A stretch of DNA of 34,050 nucleotides from a virus. Lineage: Duplodnaviria; Heunggongvirae; Uroviricota; Caudoviricetes. The stretch lies in IMG/VR virus record IMGVR_UViG_3300047159_000064; one strand, 5' to 3'. A model generated the notes under the pieces. That model was not told the DNA's origin and searched no databases. It saw only the letters and a list, made by a program, of their open reading frames with translations. The translations under genes and the position numbers were made by a program. Positions 17,113 through 27,223 of the stretch are shown here, in pieces (position 1 is the stretch's first letter; each line of letters starts with the position of its first letter).

Positions 17113-17241
17113 CTTAAAAACCTCCTATGGTTTTATATGCGGCCATCTCCGCAATCCTATTTGCTCTTGATGGCTCTATTAACGGAAAACGCCCTGAGGC
17201 TTACGCATTGCGCCTTCCGATAATATATACGTTAAAATTTT

Positions 17242-18312
17242 TTAAAACGACAGATTGAACGCCTCGTCTACGGCGTCGTCTTTATCGTCGCCGTTTTCGG
17301 CGTCGTTATTGTCTTCTTTGCCATCGGCGTCATCATCATCGTCGTTCTGCGGTTCGTCGTCGGCCTTTGACTTATCATCGTCGTCGTCGCCGAATTCAGC
17401 TTTCATCGCGTCGTAATCCTTCGCAGGAAGCGGAGCGGTTACCGCACTCTTGTCTTCGTCTTCGCCGGCTACCGATATCGATACGCTGCCGTCATCGTCA
17501 TTAAAGTCGATGTCGAACGTCTTTTTGAGTATCTCTAGCGCGGCGTCAGCCGTCTTTTTCTCTTCTTCGTCTTCATCTTCGTCGGCGTCGTCTTTGGCTT
17601 CGTTAAGCTTGCTTTCGCAGTCCTTGCAGACGTAGCCATGCTTGTCTTTGTGATAGACGCATTCGTTCTTCGGGAACGTGCCGAAGCACTCTTGGCATTC
17701 TACTTCGTCTTCGTTGGCTTCCAGCTTTTCGCGAAGCTCGTCGTAATTGATGCCCTCAGTCACGTCTTTGTGCTCAGCCGACGGATCTTCAAGCTTGTCT
17801 TTTATGCCGTCAGGCTGAAGGTTAGACATCTTTGGATCGCATACGTCATGCAGCTCTTTGCTGGCGTCGGCGACCGGCTTCGTGGTATCTATGATATGCT
17901 GCTCGTTCTTTACCGGATCTGAGTCTTCTGTTAGCGGTTTGTCCGTGACTACCTTGACTTTTGATCCTTCCGGAACGTGCACTTCGAATTCGTCGGCCTC
18001 ATAAGGATCGACCGTTTTGTCATCTTCGTCGGCTTTTGCCAAAGCGGCGTCGAGCTCTGCGTCGTCGGCTGCCTTGGCCTCCGGCGATTGCTCTTGCGGC
18101 TGATCCAGATCGTAGCTCCAGATCACCTCGTGCTTGCCTTCTTCTATGACTTCGCCGAAATCGTTCTTGACGACCTCGACGGCTTCTACGCTGGTTTGGT
18201 AGTCTTTCTTTTCTTTGGCGTAGGCTATGGCTTCGGCGGCGATGTCGAATTGCGCGCCTACCAACGCCTCGTCTACCTTAGAATGTACCAAATAAATGCA
18301 GTCTTCTAGCAT
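17242..18312 (-). CDS. Highly acidic protein with CxxC..CxxC zinc ribbon (possible head-internal protein)
   Basis: CQEC...CKDC; D/E-rich; LTED and LNEA sites; GCTAAATT upstream. Confidence 0.8.
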   Translation of the reverse strand: MLEDCIYLVHSKVDEALVGAQFDIAAEAIAYAKEKKDYQTSVEAVEVVKNDFGEVIEEGKHEVIWSYDLDQPQEQSPEAKAADDAELDAALAKADEDDKTVDPYEADEFEVHVPEGSKVKVVTDKPLTEDSDPVKNEQHIIDTTKPVADASKELHDVCDPKMSNLQPDGIKDKLEDPSAEHKDVTEGINYDELREKLEANEDEVECQECFGTFPKNECVYHKDKHGYVCKDCESKLNEAKDDADEDEDEEEKKTADAALEILKKTFDIDFNDDDGSVSISVAGEDEDKSAVTAPLPAKDYDAMKAEFGDDDDDKSKADDEPQNDDDDDADGKEDNNDAENGDDKDDAVDEAFNLSF

Positions 18313-18376
18313 GTTTTTTCTCCTTATAGAGGATTTCTCATCAATATAATTTAGCGCTTATTGATGAGATGAAAAG

Positions 18377-19672
18377 CTAAAAGTCAGCCGTTTCTTTGTC
18401 AGGCCTGAAATCCCTGAACACCGGGAACCTCAGGCTGCTGCCGCCGTCGGCGTTAGTCGTCTCCTCGAAATACTGCACCTCTATTATCGTGCCTAGGTAT
18501 CTGCCTTTGTTGGCCCAGATATCGGATCTCTGCTCGTCAGAGAACCCTGATCCGACCTTCACGGTCTGCCCGTCTTTGTATCTGACCAAAGCCGCGCCAA
18601 GCGTCCCAGCCAGCCTTCCTGAGCCTTCTTCGAATCCGGTCAGCTCCATGTCGTACGATTTCATCAGCTTCACCTTAAGCAGATCCGACGTGCGCTTGAA
18701 TCTGTACGGCGCCGAGCATACGTTTATCATGACGCCTTCTTCGCCGTGCGCCACGTTGTAGTTAAGCCATTTGATTATCTGAGCCGCGTCGTCGCCTCTG
18801 TAAAGCACGGGAAGCAGATCGAAGAACACGTGCTTCGACGAGCCGAAGAACGAATCAAGGCTCTTTCTGCGATCGTCGTACGGCGTGTCGCAGCTCTGAG
18901 ACACGAACTCGTCGGCAGTCAGCATGTCGAACACGAGCATCTTGACGCCGTGCTTGACGCCGTCTTTGCGCGTTATCATCATCGTCCGCTTGTACTGATC
19001 CTTGCTAGTCAGCGCGCCTTTGTCCAGCAGCGTTATCTCGCCGTCTAGGCAGATGTCGTCTTCAGGCGACGCCTTAAGCTCTTCTTCCAGATCGACGAGC
19101 CCTTCGTAGCTTTGGCCTGCCCTTGTGTAGAAGCTGACTTCGCCTTTGCGCTTGAGCGCTATGATTCGCCCGCCGTCTATCTTCGTAGTAAGCGCGAACG
19201 TCTTGCCTTCGACGCTCTCAGGCCGCTCGAAGTATTTGTTCGCCAGCTGGACCGAGAACGTAGGCACCAATCCCGGCAGCGCCTTGTTTATGCCGTCTGC
19301 GCCTATGCCGAGCGGAAGGTTCTTCGATATAAGCTTCCTGAAGAAGCATACCAACTCTTGATCTCCGCCCAGGACGGAGGACTCGAATTCGCGCAGCGAC
19401 GCCACGATGGCGTCAGATCCGCCGTTGTTGGCTTTGAGGAAGTCCAGCGCATCGAGCGTCGACTTCAGATGCGCAGCCGGTACAGCCGCGGTATCCTTCG
19501 CGGCTTTCTTGTCCGATATGCCCGTTACGACGTAAGGGTTAAAAAGAAAAGACAGGCATCTCACGACGTCGCTGTCATTCTTGTATTTCGCCAAAACGGC
19601 CTGTTTGCTGATCTGCGAATTGCTCGCCGTCATCTCGTCTGCGAACGCCTTGAATCTCTTGAGTGTTTCCAT
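18377..19672 (-). CDS. ATP-dependent DNA ligase
   Basis: KIDGGR (motif I), LDGEI, VFDML, EGVMI, LLKVK, C-terminal OB fold ending SLRFPVF. Confidence 0.95.
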   Translation of the reverse strand: METLKRFKAFADEMTASNSQISKQAVLAKYKNDSDVVRCLSFLFNPYVVTGISDKKAAKDTAAVPAAHLKSTLDALDFLKANNGGSDAIVASLREFESSVLGGDQELVCFFRKLISKNLPLGIGADGINKALPGLVPTFSVQLANKYFERPESVEGKTFALTTKIDGGRIIALKRKGEVSFYTRAGQSYEGLVDLEEELKASPEDDICLDGEITLLDKGALTSKDQYKRTMMITRKDGVKHGVKMLVFDMLTADEFVSQSCDTPYDDRRKSLDSFFGSSKHVFFDLLPVLYRGDDAAQIIKWLNYNVAHGEEGVMINVCSAPYRFKRTSDLLKVKLMKSYDMELTGFEEGSGRLAGTLGAALVRYKDGQTVKVGSGFSDEQRSDIWANKGRYLGTIIEVQYFEETTNADGGSSLRFPVFRDFRPDKETADF

Positions 19673-19715
19673 GATAATACCTTCGTATTATCATACGACT
19701 TAAGGCAGAGGCGGG

Positions 19716-20432
19716 CTAGTCTTTCTCGGCGAGCGTTTTCTCGAGGCCTTTGACGTTCTTTATGTTGCGGACGGCTTGCTTGCGCATGTCGGCCTTAGAG
19801 CGCTCAGGCTCGCCCCATTCGGCGTCGCGCTCAGACATGTTGTCAACTATGCCTTTTATGGGCGTGGTCATGAATATCACGGACGGCTTGTCGCCCATCT
19901 CTTCGGCGCAGTAATAGCCTTTTTCTTTGTCTTTGTCGGCAAGCTGTATGCCTTCAAGTATGAACCGCTCACCTTTGTGCTCTTTCGCGTACTCGAACGC
20001 GTAGGATATGAAGTCGTCGTAATACGAGCCTTTGCCCTCTGCCTGTCCTGGCTCGAAGCCTTCAGCTGCGTAAGGATCGTCCTTATGCGCCTCTATGTAG
20101 GACATGCAGTCGTCGAATTCCTTCTTGTGCTTGGGATACGCCTTCCAGAATTCGTTCTCGAACCAATCGCCGCCTCTGTCCATGTCGTCGCCTGGTACTA
20201 TGCCGCCGAGCCACGAGTTGTCAAGCGCGATTATCTTGGCGCCGTACTTAACGGACAGCTCTTTCGCCAAAGTCGATTTGCCGCTTCCGGGCGCGCCTGT
20301 TATGTACAGCGCGTTGTTTTCTCCGGATTCGAAAAGATCGAGGTTGATGGACTTCCACTTAGAAGTCCCCTCAGTCAGCTCGGCAGATTCCGCTATGACG
20401 TCCAGCGCGTCGAAAGCCTCAAGCAAATCCAT
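19716..20432 (-). CDS. P-loop NTPase / nucleotide-kinase-like protein
   Basis: ITGAPGSGKST Walker A, FILEG Walker-B-like. Confidence 0.75.
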   Translation of the reverse strand: MDLLEAFDALDVIAESAELTEGTSKWKSINLDLFESGENNALYITGAPGSGKSTLAKELSVKYGAKIIALDNSWLGGIVPGDDMDRGGDWFENEFWKAYPKHKKEFDDCMSYIEAHKDDPYAAEGFEPGQAEGKGSYYDDFISYAFEYAKEHKGERFILEGIQLADKDKEKGYYCAEEMGDKPSVIFMTTPIKGIVDNMSERDAEWGEPERSKADMRKQAVRNIKNVKGLEKTLAEKD

Positions 20433-20447
20433 GGCCTGCCCGCTCTC

Positions 20448-21299
20448 CTAATCCAGCGAATCCCAGTTGATGTCGTCTTCGTCTATGTCAGGCTCGATGT
20501 CGCTTGGCAGCGATTCTTCGAGCTCTTCTATTATCTTGTTGTCTAGCTCTTCCGTCTCGACGCCTTCAGGCAGCTTGGTGCCGTCCGCGTAGACGCAGTC
20601 GTCTATCTCGACGTCCTCGACGGATACGTCATCGATATCTGACGCGTCGAACTCCCGCTCTGAGCCGTCGTCGTACAGGACGCTGCCTTCTCCGTAAGGA
20701 ACGTACGTTTTTTCGCCGTGCGAAATCCAGGCGCTGACGTCGCCTGTTACCGTGTAGGTTCCTGACACCATGTATTTCACGCCGTCTACTTCCACCTCTT
20801 CGTCTTTGAAGCTGCCTGGGCAGCTGAATGAAGCGTAGTCTTCTTTTAGCTGCTTCTTTCCTTTTGCGCCAGGCTTAGCCGATTCGTCTTTCTGCTCGTC
20901 TTTGTCTGCTTCTTTGTCGCCGGCTATCTGGTCTGCGCCTTCGCGCTCGCCTTTCTCTACGGCGGCCTTCTGCGCAGCGTCGAGCTTGTCCAGCACCGCG
21001 GTCAGCTGGCCGATGTGCTTGTTCTCTTCCTTGATAATATCGGAATAGACGCCTTTGACCGCGTCGACGAGATCCTTGAGATCCGCCGAGCCGAACGCGT
21101 CGAGGCCTTTGACGATCCTGTTGTAGTCGTTTATCGTGTTATGCTCGCCTACGATGGATTCGCGCAGCTCCTTCTCAAGGTAGTCGCGCAGCCTTCCGAG
21201 ATTGCTGTCGTCGACAGGCTTCTCGTCATTGCCGTTTATCTTGTCCAACTCGTCGAACGCGCCCAATACCGTGCGGACGTCTTTGTCATCAAATTCCAT
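20448..21299 (-). CDS. Protein with N-terminal ferritin-like ExxH region and acidic C-terminus
   Basis: ESIVGEHNTINDY...DIIKEENKHIGQL. Confidence 0.6.
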   Translation of the reverse strand: MEFDDKDVRTVLGAFDELDKINGNDEKPVDDSNLGRLRDYLEKELRESIVGEHNTINDYNRIVKGLDAFGSADLKDLVDAVKGVYSDIIKEENKHIGQLTAVLDKLDAAQKAAVEKGEREGADQIAGDKEADKDEQKDESAKPGAKGKKQLKEDYASFSCPGSFKDEEVEVDGVKYMVSGTYTVTGDVSAWISHGEKTYVPYGEGSVLYDDGSEREFDASDIDDVSVEDVEIDDCVYADGTKLPEGVETEELDNKIIEELEESLPSDIEPDIDEDDINWDSLD

Positions 21300-21320
21300 T
21301 TCAGCTTACCTCCAGCTTCC

Positions 21321-22052
21321 TTATTTACCCCAGCCTGACGCGTATATGGCTTTGCGCTGCGCGTCTGCCTTTCGTTTAGTGACGAACTCGCCGTGCTCTC
21401 CCGCTTTTCCGCGGTTGACCCACTTGCCGTCTTTCGCCTTGACCGTGCTCTCCAGCAGGCCTTCATTCGTCTGAGCCGGAGCCTCTTTCAGCCTGAGCTC
21501 GTTGTTCTTGGCCTCGAGATCCAGCAGCTTCTTCTTGACGTCAGGCAGCCTCTTGTCCATGTCGGCGGATATGTCGTCCGCGTGGAAGTCGAAGAAGAAC
21601 CCCCAGAACAGGTCGGTCGCTGTGTTGCACAGCGCTATGTTGTCTTTCTCTGTCTGCTTGCTCGCGTCGTCGAAAGGCATGTCGTCTACCAGCTTAGAGC
21701 ACTCTTCCTTTATCGACTTCAGCTCGGCTTTGTCGGCCTCAGGCAGCTCCTGCCCTACTGCTTCGTCCAGCGGATACGACCCGTCTGACGCCTGGGCTTC
21801 GCGCTCTATCTCCGCCTTGCGGCTGTCTTTCCAGCCCTGGCTTACGCCTTCGTCGAAAGAAAGCTGATACAGGCATACGCCGAGCAGCTGCTTCAGATAG
21901 GCGCGCTTGGTATCGTCTCTCTCCGTTTTCACGCAGTCTAATATCTTCTCGGCGTCGTCCGTCGTATAGCCGAGCAGCAGGTCTTCGTTCAGCTTAGACC
22001 CGCCTTCTTGCAGACCGGACAGCGCGTCTCAGACGCTGAAGAAATCATCCAT
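21321..22052 (-). CDS. Hypothetical 243-aa protein with in-frame TGA at codon 8
   Basis: GGAG RBS then ATG 22052: MDDFFSV[TGA]DALSGLQE... continuous into track ORF 21321..21932. Confidence 0.7.
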
Positions 22053-22172
22053 GGTTAGAAGCTCCAAATCCGCGGCGCCATAATCGCGTCGCTCAATCAA
22101 ATAATTTAGCAAAATAAACCTGCGAAGGCAAAACAAAAAGCCGGCCTTTCGACCGGCTAACATCAACGATAG

Positions 22173-22682
22173 TTATACTCTTAGTACGTCGAGCGCCTTC
22201 TGGATGTCCCTTTCCTGGAAGCCGCCAGGCCTGACGTAATAATAGAACGTCTTGACGAGGCGCTTAATGAGATCCTCTTTGGCGTAGTCGAATTCCTCGT
22301 CGTCCAATATGACGAAGGAATCCTTGCTCTCGTCGTACTTATGCTCCGACAGCCAGAGCTTGATAGCGGCGCCTCTGCGGTTAGGCCCGCCTAGCTTGTC
22401 TTCCTCTGCCAGCGTGTTGCCGGAGATGACTACGCCGTACCGCCTGAACTTCGAAAGCATGTACTTCCTGAGCGGAGAGCCCGAAGGCAGCTCTTTCCAC
22501 GAGGACACCAAAACGACTTCGGCGCCGGAAAGATCTATCAGCTCGGCCAAAGCCTTCATGTGCGACGATCCGATCCCGATGTACCCGGAGCAGCGAGGGC
22601 CGTTCAGCCGCTTGCCCGTCTCTGAGTAGGAATCGCTCTCGGCGTTGAGCACCCCGTCTATGTCCAAGAACACGTATCGCAC
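22173..22682 (-). CDS. HAD-superfamily phosphatase (HAD_SAK-like)
   Basis: FLDIDGVLN motif I, VVLVSSW motif II, FVILDDE motif IV; GTG start 22682. Confidence 0.85.
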   Translation of the reverse strand: MRYVFLDIDGVLNAESDSYSETGKRLNGPRCSGYIGIGSSHMKALAELIDLSGAEVVLVSSWKELPSGSPLRKYMLSKFRRYGVVISGNTLAEEDKLGGPNRRGAAIKLWLSEHKYDESKDSFVILDDEEFDYAKEDLIKRLVKTFYYYVRPGGFQERDIQKALDVLRV

Positions 22683-22684
22683 GG

Positions 22685-23614
22685 TTAGACTCCGAGGACT
22701 TCGCGGACCTTGGCGGCGCAGAGCTGCTTGAGCACCTTGAAGTCGATCTTCGGGCTGTGGAATTTCTTGAGGATGATCTCCCAGTTGTCTCTGAAGAACT
22801 CGTCGAAGGCGCGGCCGATGAGCTCTGAGGTCATCTTCATGTCCCAGCCGTCCGCAGAATGGAGCTCGATGACCTTGGCCTTCTCTTTGGCGATGTGCTC
22901 GACGGTCATGAGCTTGACGATCTCGTATTCCACAGACTGGCCCGCCTGATCGGCCAAAGCCTTCTCGTGGCGCGATTCGTGCTTGTGGGCGAGATAGTCT
23001 TCGGTCAGCATCTTGGCCCAGGTGCGGCGGCCGTACTGGTTCTTGTATTCGTAGTTCTTGAGGACGATGCCTTCGCCGTAGTCGCCGGAGCCGATGAGGA
23101 ATTCCTTGGTGCGCGGAAGCAAGGCCTTGATGTCCTCTTCCGTCGGATCGCGCAGCTTGGCGAGAAGCGGGATGTAAAAGACGTGCGGGCATTCCGACTT
23201 GAGGATCTCGCTGTACTCGTCGTAAGACAGATATCGGCCGGTCTCGTCGTCGAGCACGTCGAACACGTAGAGGTGGCGCCAGGCGTCGTCTCTGTATGTC
23301 TTGAGGTTGGTAGGCACGAGCCATTCGCCGTAGACCGTCCACGAAGGATGCTTGGTGAGCAAGGCCAGGAGCTCCGCTCGGACGTCGGCGTTCTCAGGCG
23401 AGTTCATCGCCTTCACGAGGCCTTGGTTGTCTCCGAGCTTAGAATCGTCCAGAACGCGCTTTCTGGACCCGTAGGCGAGCTTTCCGCCTTGGTCGAGCCA
23501 AACGCACGTGTTGGTCCCGTCTATCTTGTAGAACGCGTATACGTCGCCTTTGAGGATGCCTTCTACTTCGGCGGTCCCCAGCTTCTCGACGTGTTGGTAC
23601 GGTTTGTATTCCAT
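22685..23614 (-). CDS. RNA ligase (Rnl2-like nucleotidyltransferase)
   Basis: KIDGTN motif I, VYGEW, YVFDV, GEGIVLKN, WAKM; start ATG 23614 after AGGAGG. Confidence 0.8.
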   Translation of the reverse strand: MEYKPYQHVEKLGTAEVEGILKGDVYAFYKIDGTNTCVWLDQGGKLAYGSRKRVLDDSKLGDNQGLVKAMNSPENADVRAELLALLTKHPSWTVYGEWLVPTNLKTYRDDAWRHLYVFDVLDDETGRYLSYDEYSEILKSECPHVFYIPLLAKLRDPTEEDIKALLPRTKEFLIGSGDYGEGIVLKNYEYKNQYGRRTWAKMLTEDYLAHKHESRHEKALADQAGQSVEYEIVKLMTVEHIAKEKAKVIELHSADGWDMKMTSELIGRAFDEFFRDNWEIILKKFHSPKIDFKVLKQLCAAKVREVLGV

Positions 23615-23727
23615 GGCTATCAGCCCTCCTGGCGGCTTGCGGCCGCTCAATCGTCTTATTATACGATGAGAAAAGGCCGGAAGGGCGGTTTTTTATTCCG
23701 CTCTCCGGCCCAGCTTTCCGGCTAAGG

Positions 23728-24024
23728 CTACCCTCGCTTCGCCTTAGGCTGCAAAGCCTGACGCTCCATCTGAGCCTCGGCCTTCGCGGCGAACTGCGCC
23801 GCCTTCTGAACGGACGTCCAAGGATCCTCGTAGTCTATGGTCACGTCGTCTCCCGACCATTTGCGCTCCAGCTTCTCGACCGGCATGCCCAGCAAGCCCG
23901 CCTTCTCGGCCTCGGAGTAGGCGTACTCCGCCGGCCCGTACACCACGGCTATCCCGGTCTTCGCCCTGACGAGGACGTAGTCGCCTTCCCCCTCGCCCAT
24001 GAGCAGCTTTCCCAAAGTTACCAT
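23728..24024 (-). CDS. Hypothetical protein (98 aa, MVTLGKLL...)
   Basis: C-terminal part of track ORF 23728..24990; start overlaps the upstream stop. Confidence 0.7.
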   Translation of the reverse strand: MVTLGKLLMGEGEGDYVLVRAKTGIAVVYGPAEYAYSEAEKAGLLGMPVEKLERKWSGDDVTIDYEDPWTSVQKAAQFAAKAEAQMERQALQPKAKRG

Positions 24025-25130
24025 CCCTGATTCTCCTTCACCGCGTAATCTGCGTAGGACAGATAGACTTTGATAGGCTGCCTGACGCATCCTTCTAGGC
24101 TGTCCTTCTGAGCCTCCGTCAGCTCGCTTTCCATCAGCGCTCCTCTGTCCATGCAGCCGCCGGTCTTCTTCTTGGTGTTGCGGACGCATTCGTCGTAGGC
24201 CTCTTTGGCCTCTTTCGCGGTCATCGAATCGTCCAGCCTGACGAACGACGCGAGCTCGTAGTCCCAGCGCGTCAGCCAGTTGGCCTCGTCGGATTTCAGA
24301 TCGATGCTCTTGTACTCGCTCGGGAATTCCTTTACCCTGCGCCTGGCCTTCTCGGCCGCGGCGAGATCGCGCCCGCCTGATGCGACCCTGGCAGGCTTTG
24401 TCTCCTTGAGCTCGAGGCAGTAGCTGTATTTGTTCTCGCCGCTCAATTCCGCGGCATCGACGAAGCCGTGCATCCTGCGTGGCTCGCAGGCCACCACCGT
24501 GTCGCCGCTCCACTGCCTTTCGTACAGCTTGCAGTAGACCCAGAACTCCCCGACGTAAAGCTCTTTCGAGGTCAGCGTCTCGACGATGTCGCCCTCTTGG
24601 TAGTCTACGGTCTTCTTCCTCGTCCTGGATTCCTCGTCCTTCTTGGCCTGGGCGAACTCCGGCATGCTCTCGCAGAACGCGCCGACCTGATTGCCCCTGA
24701 CCCTGCCGAGCCAGAGCTCTTCGGCGCACTTGCCCTCGTCGAACCTGCACGCCTTGAGCAGATGGAGCAGGAGCTCCGAGTTGATGCCGACGACGAACTT
24801 CGCCCCGTCCGGCGCCGTGAGCAGGCAGTCCCAGAAAGACAGCTTGCCGCCTTGGGTAGACCATGAGGCGGACTCGAGCAGCTCGAGCCTGAAATGGCCG
24901 TTGTCGTATTCGTGATCGATCGCCTGGACCTTGACCGACTTGGCCTCCCGCTCCTTCCAGTCGTCGATTGAGTTGTCGTAGCGCGTCCACGATCCCCAGG
25001 AATGGGCGGACTCCAGCATCTTCTTGTTGCCGAGATCGACAACGTATCCCTGGTTAGGCTCGCCTCCGTCGTTCACCGGCCTTTCGACGACGATGACCCT
25101 GTCCGCGATCTTTATGCCCTGATAGCCCAT
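24018..25130 (-). CDS. Hypothetical protein
   Basis: 370 aa, translationally coupled. Confidence 0.85.
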   Translation of the reverse strand: MGYQGIKIADRVIVVERPVNDGGEPNQGYVVDLGNKKMLESAHSWGSWTRYDNSIDDWKEREAKSVKVQAIDHEYDNGHFRLELLESASWSTQGGKLSFWDCLLTAPDGAKFVVGINSELLLHLLKACRFDEGKCAEELWLGRVRGNQVGAFCESMPEFAQAKKDEESRTRKKTVDYQEGDIVETLTSKELYVGEFWVYCKLYERQWSGDTVVACEPRRMHGFVDAAELSGENKYSYCLELKETKPARVASGGRDLAAAEKARRRVKEFPSEYKSIDLKSDEANWLTRWDYELASFVRLDDSMTAKEAKEAYDECVRNTKKKTGGCMDRGALMESELTEAQKDSLEGCVRQPIKVYLSYADYAVKENQGW

Positions 25131-25535
25131 TTACTCGTCCCTCCCGCCTTTGCCTTCGAATCTGTACACCTGATAGTCCTCGGACGATGAGATCTTCCAG
25201 CCTCCGTCGGTCTTGGAGCACCAGTACATCGCGTTGTATCTGTCCGTCGGCCAGGCCTTGCTTTTGCCTTTGCCCCAAGTCGGCGCGTAGGAATCGGTCT
25301 TGTCGACGGCGAATCTGGCCAGGAACGGATCGTCTTTGAACGGCCCATCCTCCCACTTCAGCGTCGGATACCACTTCTTGTAGAGCTTGGCGATCATCGC
25401 GTGATGCGCCTTGATCACCATTTCGACGTCTTCGTACTCGTCGACCGTCATGATGACTTCGTGGCTTCTGCCGACGAAGCTGCGGTACTCGATGACGTAG
25501 GCGTCTTTCTTCTCTTTCGCGATCCCTGCTTCCAT
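25131..25535 (-). CDS. Hypothetical protein
   Basis: 134 aa, AAGGAGG RBS. Confidence 0.85.
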   Translation of the reverse strand: MEAGIAKEKKDAYVIEYRSFVGRSHEVIMTVDEYEDVEMVIKAHHAMIAKLYKKWYPTLKWEDGPFKDDPFLARFAVDKTDSYAPTWGKGKSKAWPTDRYNAMYWCSKTDGGWKISSSEDYQVYRFEGKGGRDE

Positions 25536-25667
25536 GGCTCAATCCTCCTTGTCAGACTACTATATAATACGGCCGGGATCCGCGAAGAATCGCCGAAACG
25601 TTAAAAGCGGCAAGCCAGAGCCTGCCGCCAAATAAGCTTCGATCAGCGAAGGAACCAGCGAAGTCTT

Positions 25668-26438
25668 TTAGTCCTCCGGCTGGGCGATCAGCCTCTCGAT
25701 GTAATCCCTGCCTTCTTCGACGAACCGAGGGATCTCGAGGTCGATGACCCACTTGCCAGACGCGTCTCTTACGGCGCAGCATCCGCGCTTCTCGCACGTC
25801 GGCAGCTCGCCCCAGACGACGCCTTTGGATTCCAGCATCGACTTCTGCTCTCTGACGCTCTTGCCTTCAAGCTGCTTCTGGGAGAACAGCGCCTGGGCGT
25901 TTGACGAGACCGAGTTGCGCTCGGCGTCGATCTGCCGCCAAAGCACGCAGTTCGTGACTTCTTCCTTGGGGACGTTGAACGCCCTGGAATCGAAGTAAGC
26001 CCCTGAGGCCAGAGCCTTCTGATACGCCGGCTCGCACTCGAGATCGCCTTTGGCCATAGCCGCGGCGTGGAGCTCGGCGAAGACCCGGTTGAATTCCATC
26101 GCCGCCAGAGAGGCGGACACCGAGACGACCTTCTGGACGTCGTATCCGAACCAGGCCTCCGTGGTCAGCGTCGCGTAGTCCGTCAGCACGAGCGTGATCT
26201 CGTCCGACTGCGTGTATCCGAGCACGCACCCCTGGACGCTCTCGCAGAGGAAAAGCATCGTCTGCCGCATGGCTTCCGCCAGAAGCGGATCGCACGGCTT
26301 CTTGAACCCCCTCGCGTAAGTGTGGAAGTGGCAGCCGTCAAGCCTGATTATCACAGGCGTCCGCCTCGTCAGCTTCGGCTTGTTGGCCCCTTCGTAGCAC
26401 TCCTTCATCCTGTCGCCCAATTGATCCAGCATCGGCAT
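25668..26438 (-). CDS. thg1: tRNA(His) guanylyltransferase Thg1-like protein
   Basis: RMKECYE, IIRLDGCHFH, GYTQSDEITLV, FDSRAF, WRQIDAERNS hallmark motifs. Confidence 0.93.
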   Translation of the reverse strand: MPMLDQLGDRMKECYEGANKPKLTRRTPVIIRLDGCHFHTYARGFKKPCDPLLAEAMRQTMLFLCESVQGCVLGYTQSDEITLVLTDYATLTTEAWFGYDVQKVVSVSASLAAMEFNRVFAELHAAAMAKGDLECEPAYQKALASGAYFDSRAFNVPKEEVTNCVLWRQIDAERNSVSSNAQALFSQKQLEGKSVREQKSMLESKGVVWGELPTCEKRGCCAVRDASGKWVIDLEIPRFVEEGRDYIERLIAQPED

Positions 26439-26459
26439 AAGCCAACCCTCCTGTATTCC

Positions 26460-26780
26460 TTATTGCGCCTTCCAGACGTCGACCCCTGCGGGCCCGTCTT
26501 CGTAGTAGCCTATCACCGACGCTATGGTGTGATGGCCGTCGACGACTTGAATGGACACGTCGGTGACCCTGAAGGGATAATCCTTCCACTGCTCGATCTC
26601 CTTGTCTTCCATGGCCAGAAGCTTGGAGCACATCGAGTCGTATTCAGGCTGGCCGAAATAGATGTCGAGAGCCGCTTCCGAGATCAGCGTCTTGCCGTTG
26701 ACCCTCAGCTCGACGCAGTTCATCGCCTTCAGCCCTTCCCACAAGTCGAACAGCGTCATGTCAGACGTTCCTTTTTCCAT
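26460..26780 (-). CDS. Hypothetical protein
   Basis: 106 aa, TAA stop. Confidence 0.75.
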   Translation of the reverse strand: MEKGTSDMTLFDLWEGLKAMNCVELRVNGKTLISEAALDIYFGQPEYDSMCSKLLAMEDKEIEQWKDYPFRVTDVSIQVVDGHHTIASVIGYYEDGPAGVDVWKAQ

Positions 26781-26787
26781 AAGCCTA

Positions 26788-27114
26788 TCAGCCTTTCCGG
26801 CCGCTCTTCATCTCGGCCTCTTTGCGGATGAGGATAGAGGCGCTTCTGAGCCAAGGCTGATTCGATCTGATCATGGCCGAAACCATGTAGTCGAATTCGT
26901 CGTCCCCTCCCTTTATCCCCGATTGCAGCGCGGCGTCGACGAACCAGATCGCCTCTTCGGGCTTGCGCTCCGCTATGATCCTGTCGAAGAACGATCCGAA
27001 CCCGCCGCTCGACTTGAGCCTGCCTATCTCCGATCGGAACGCCTGGGCGTTTTTGAGCCTCCCCGCTTCGTCGAAGCAGGAGAACACCCTCGTCATCTCG
27101 CTGTCTTTTTTCAT
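26788..27114 (-). CDS. Hypothetical protein (ends TGA-TAG)
   Basis: 108 aa, AAGGAG RBS; TGA immediately followed by TAG at 26785-26787. Confidence 0.8.
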   Translation of the reverse strand: MKKDSEMTRVFSCFDEAGRLKNAQAFRSEIGRLKSSGGFGSFFDRIIAERKPEEAIWFVDAALQSGIKGGDDEFDYMVSAMIRSNQPWLRSASILIRKEAEMKSGRKG

Positions 27115-27223
27115 GGCGCAATCTCCTTTGCCTAGTCTATAATACGACCAAGTCGGCCGCGGAAGAAGAAAAAAGATCCGACCTTCGCCGAATCCAGATT
27201 CGCCGGATAGCGGAAGCCGGCCT

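Noticed and set aside
22683-24990. Long alternative-frame extensions of track ORFs 22173..23342 and 23728..24990
   Set aside because: Arg/Gly-rich off-frame readings of the overlapping real genes; only the C-terminal parts are protein-like
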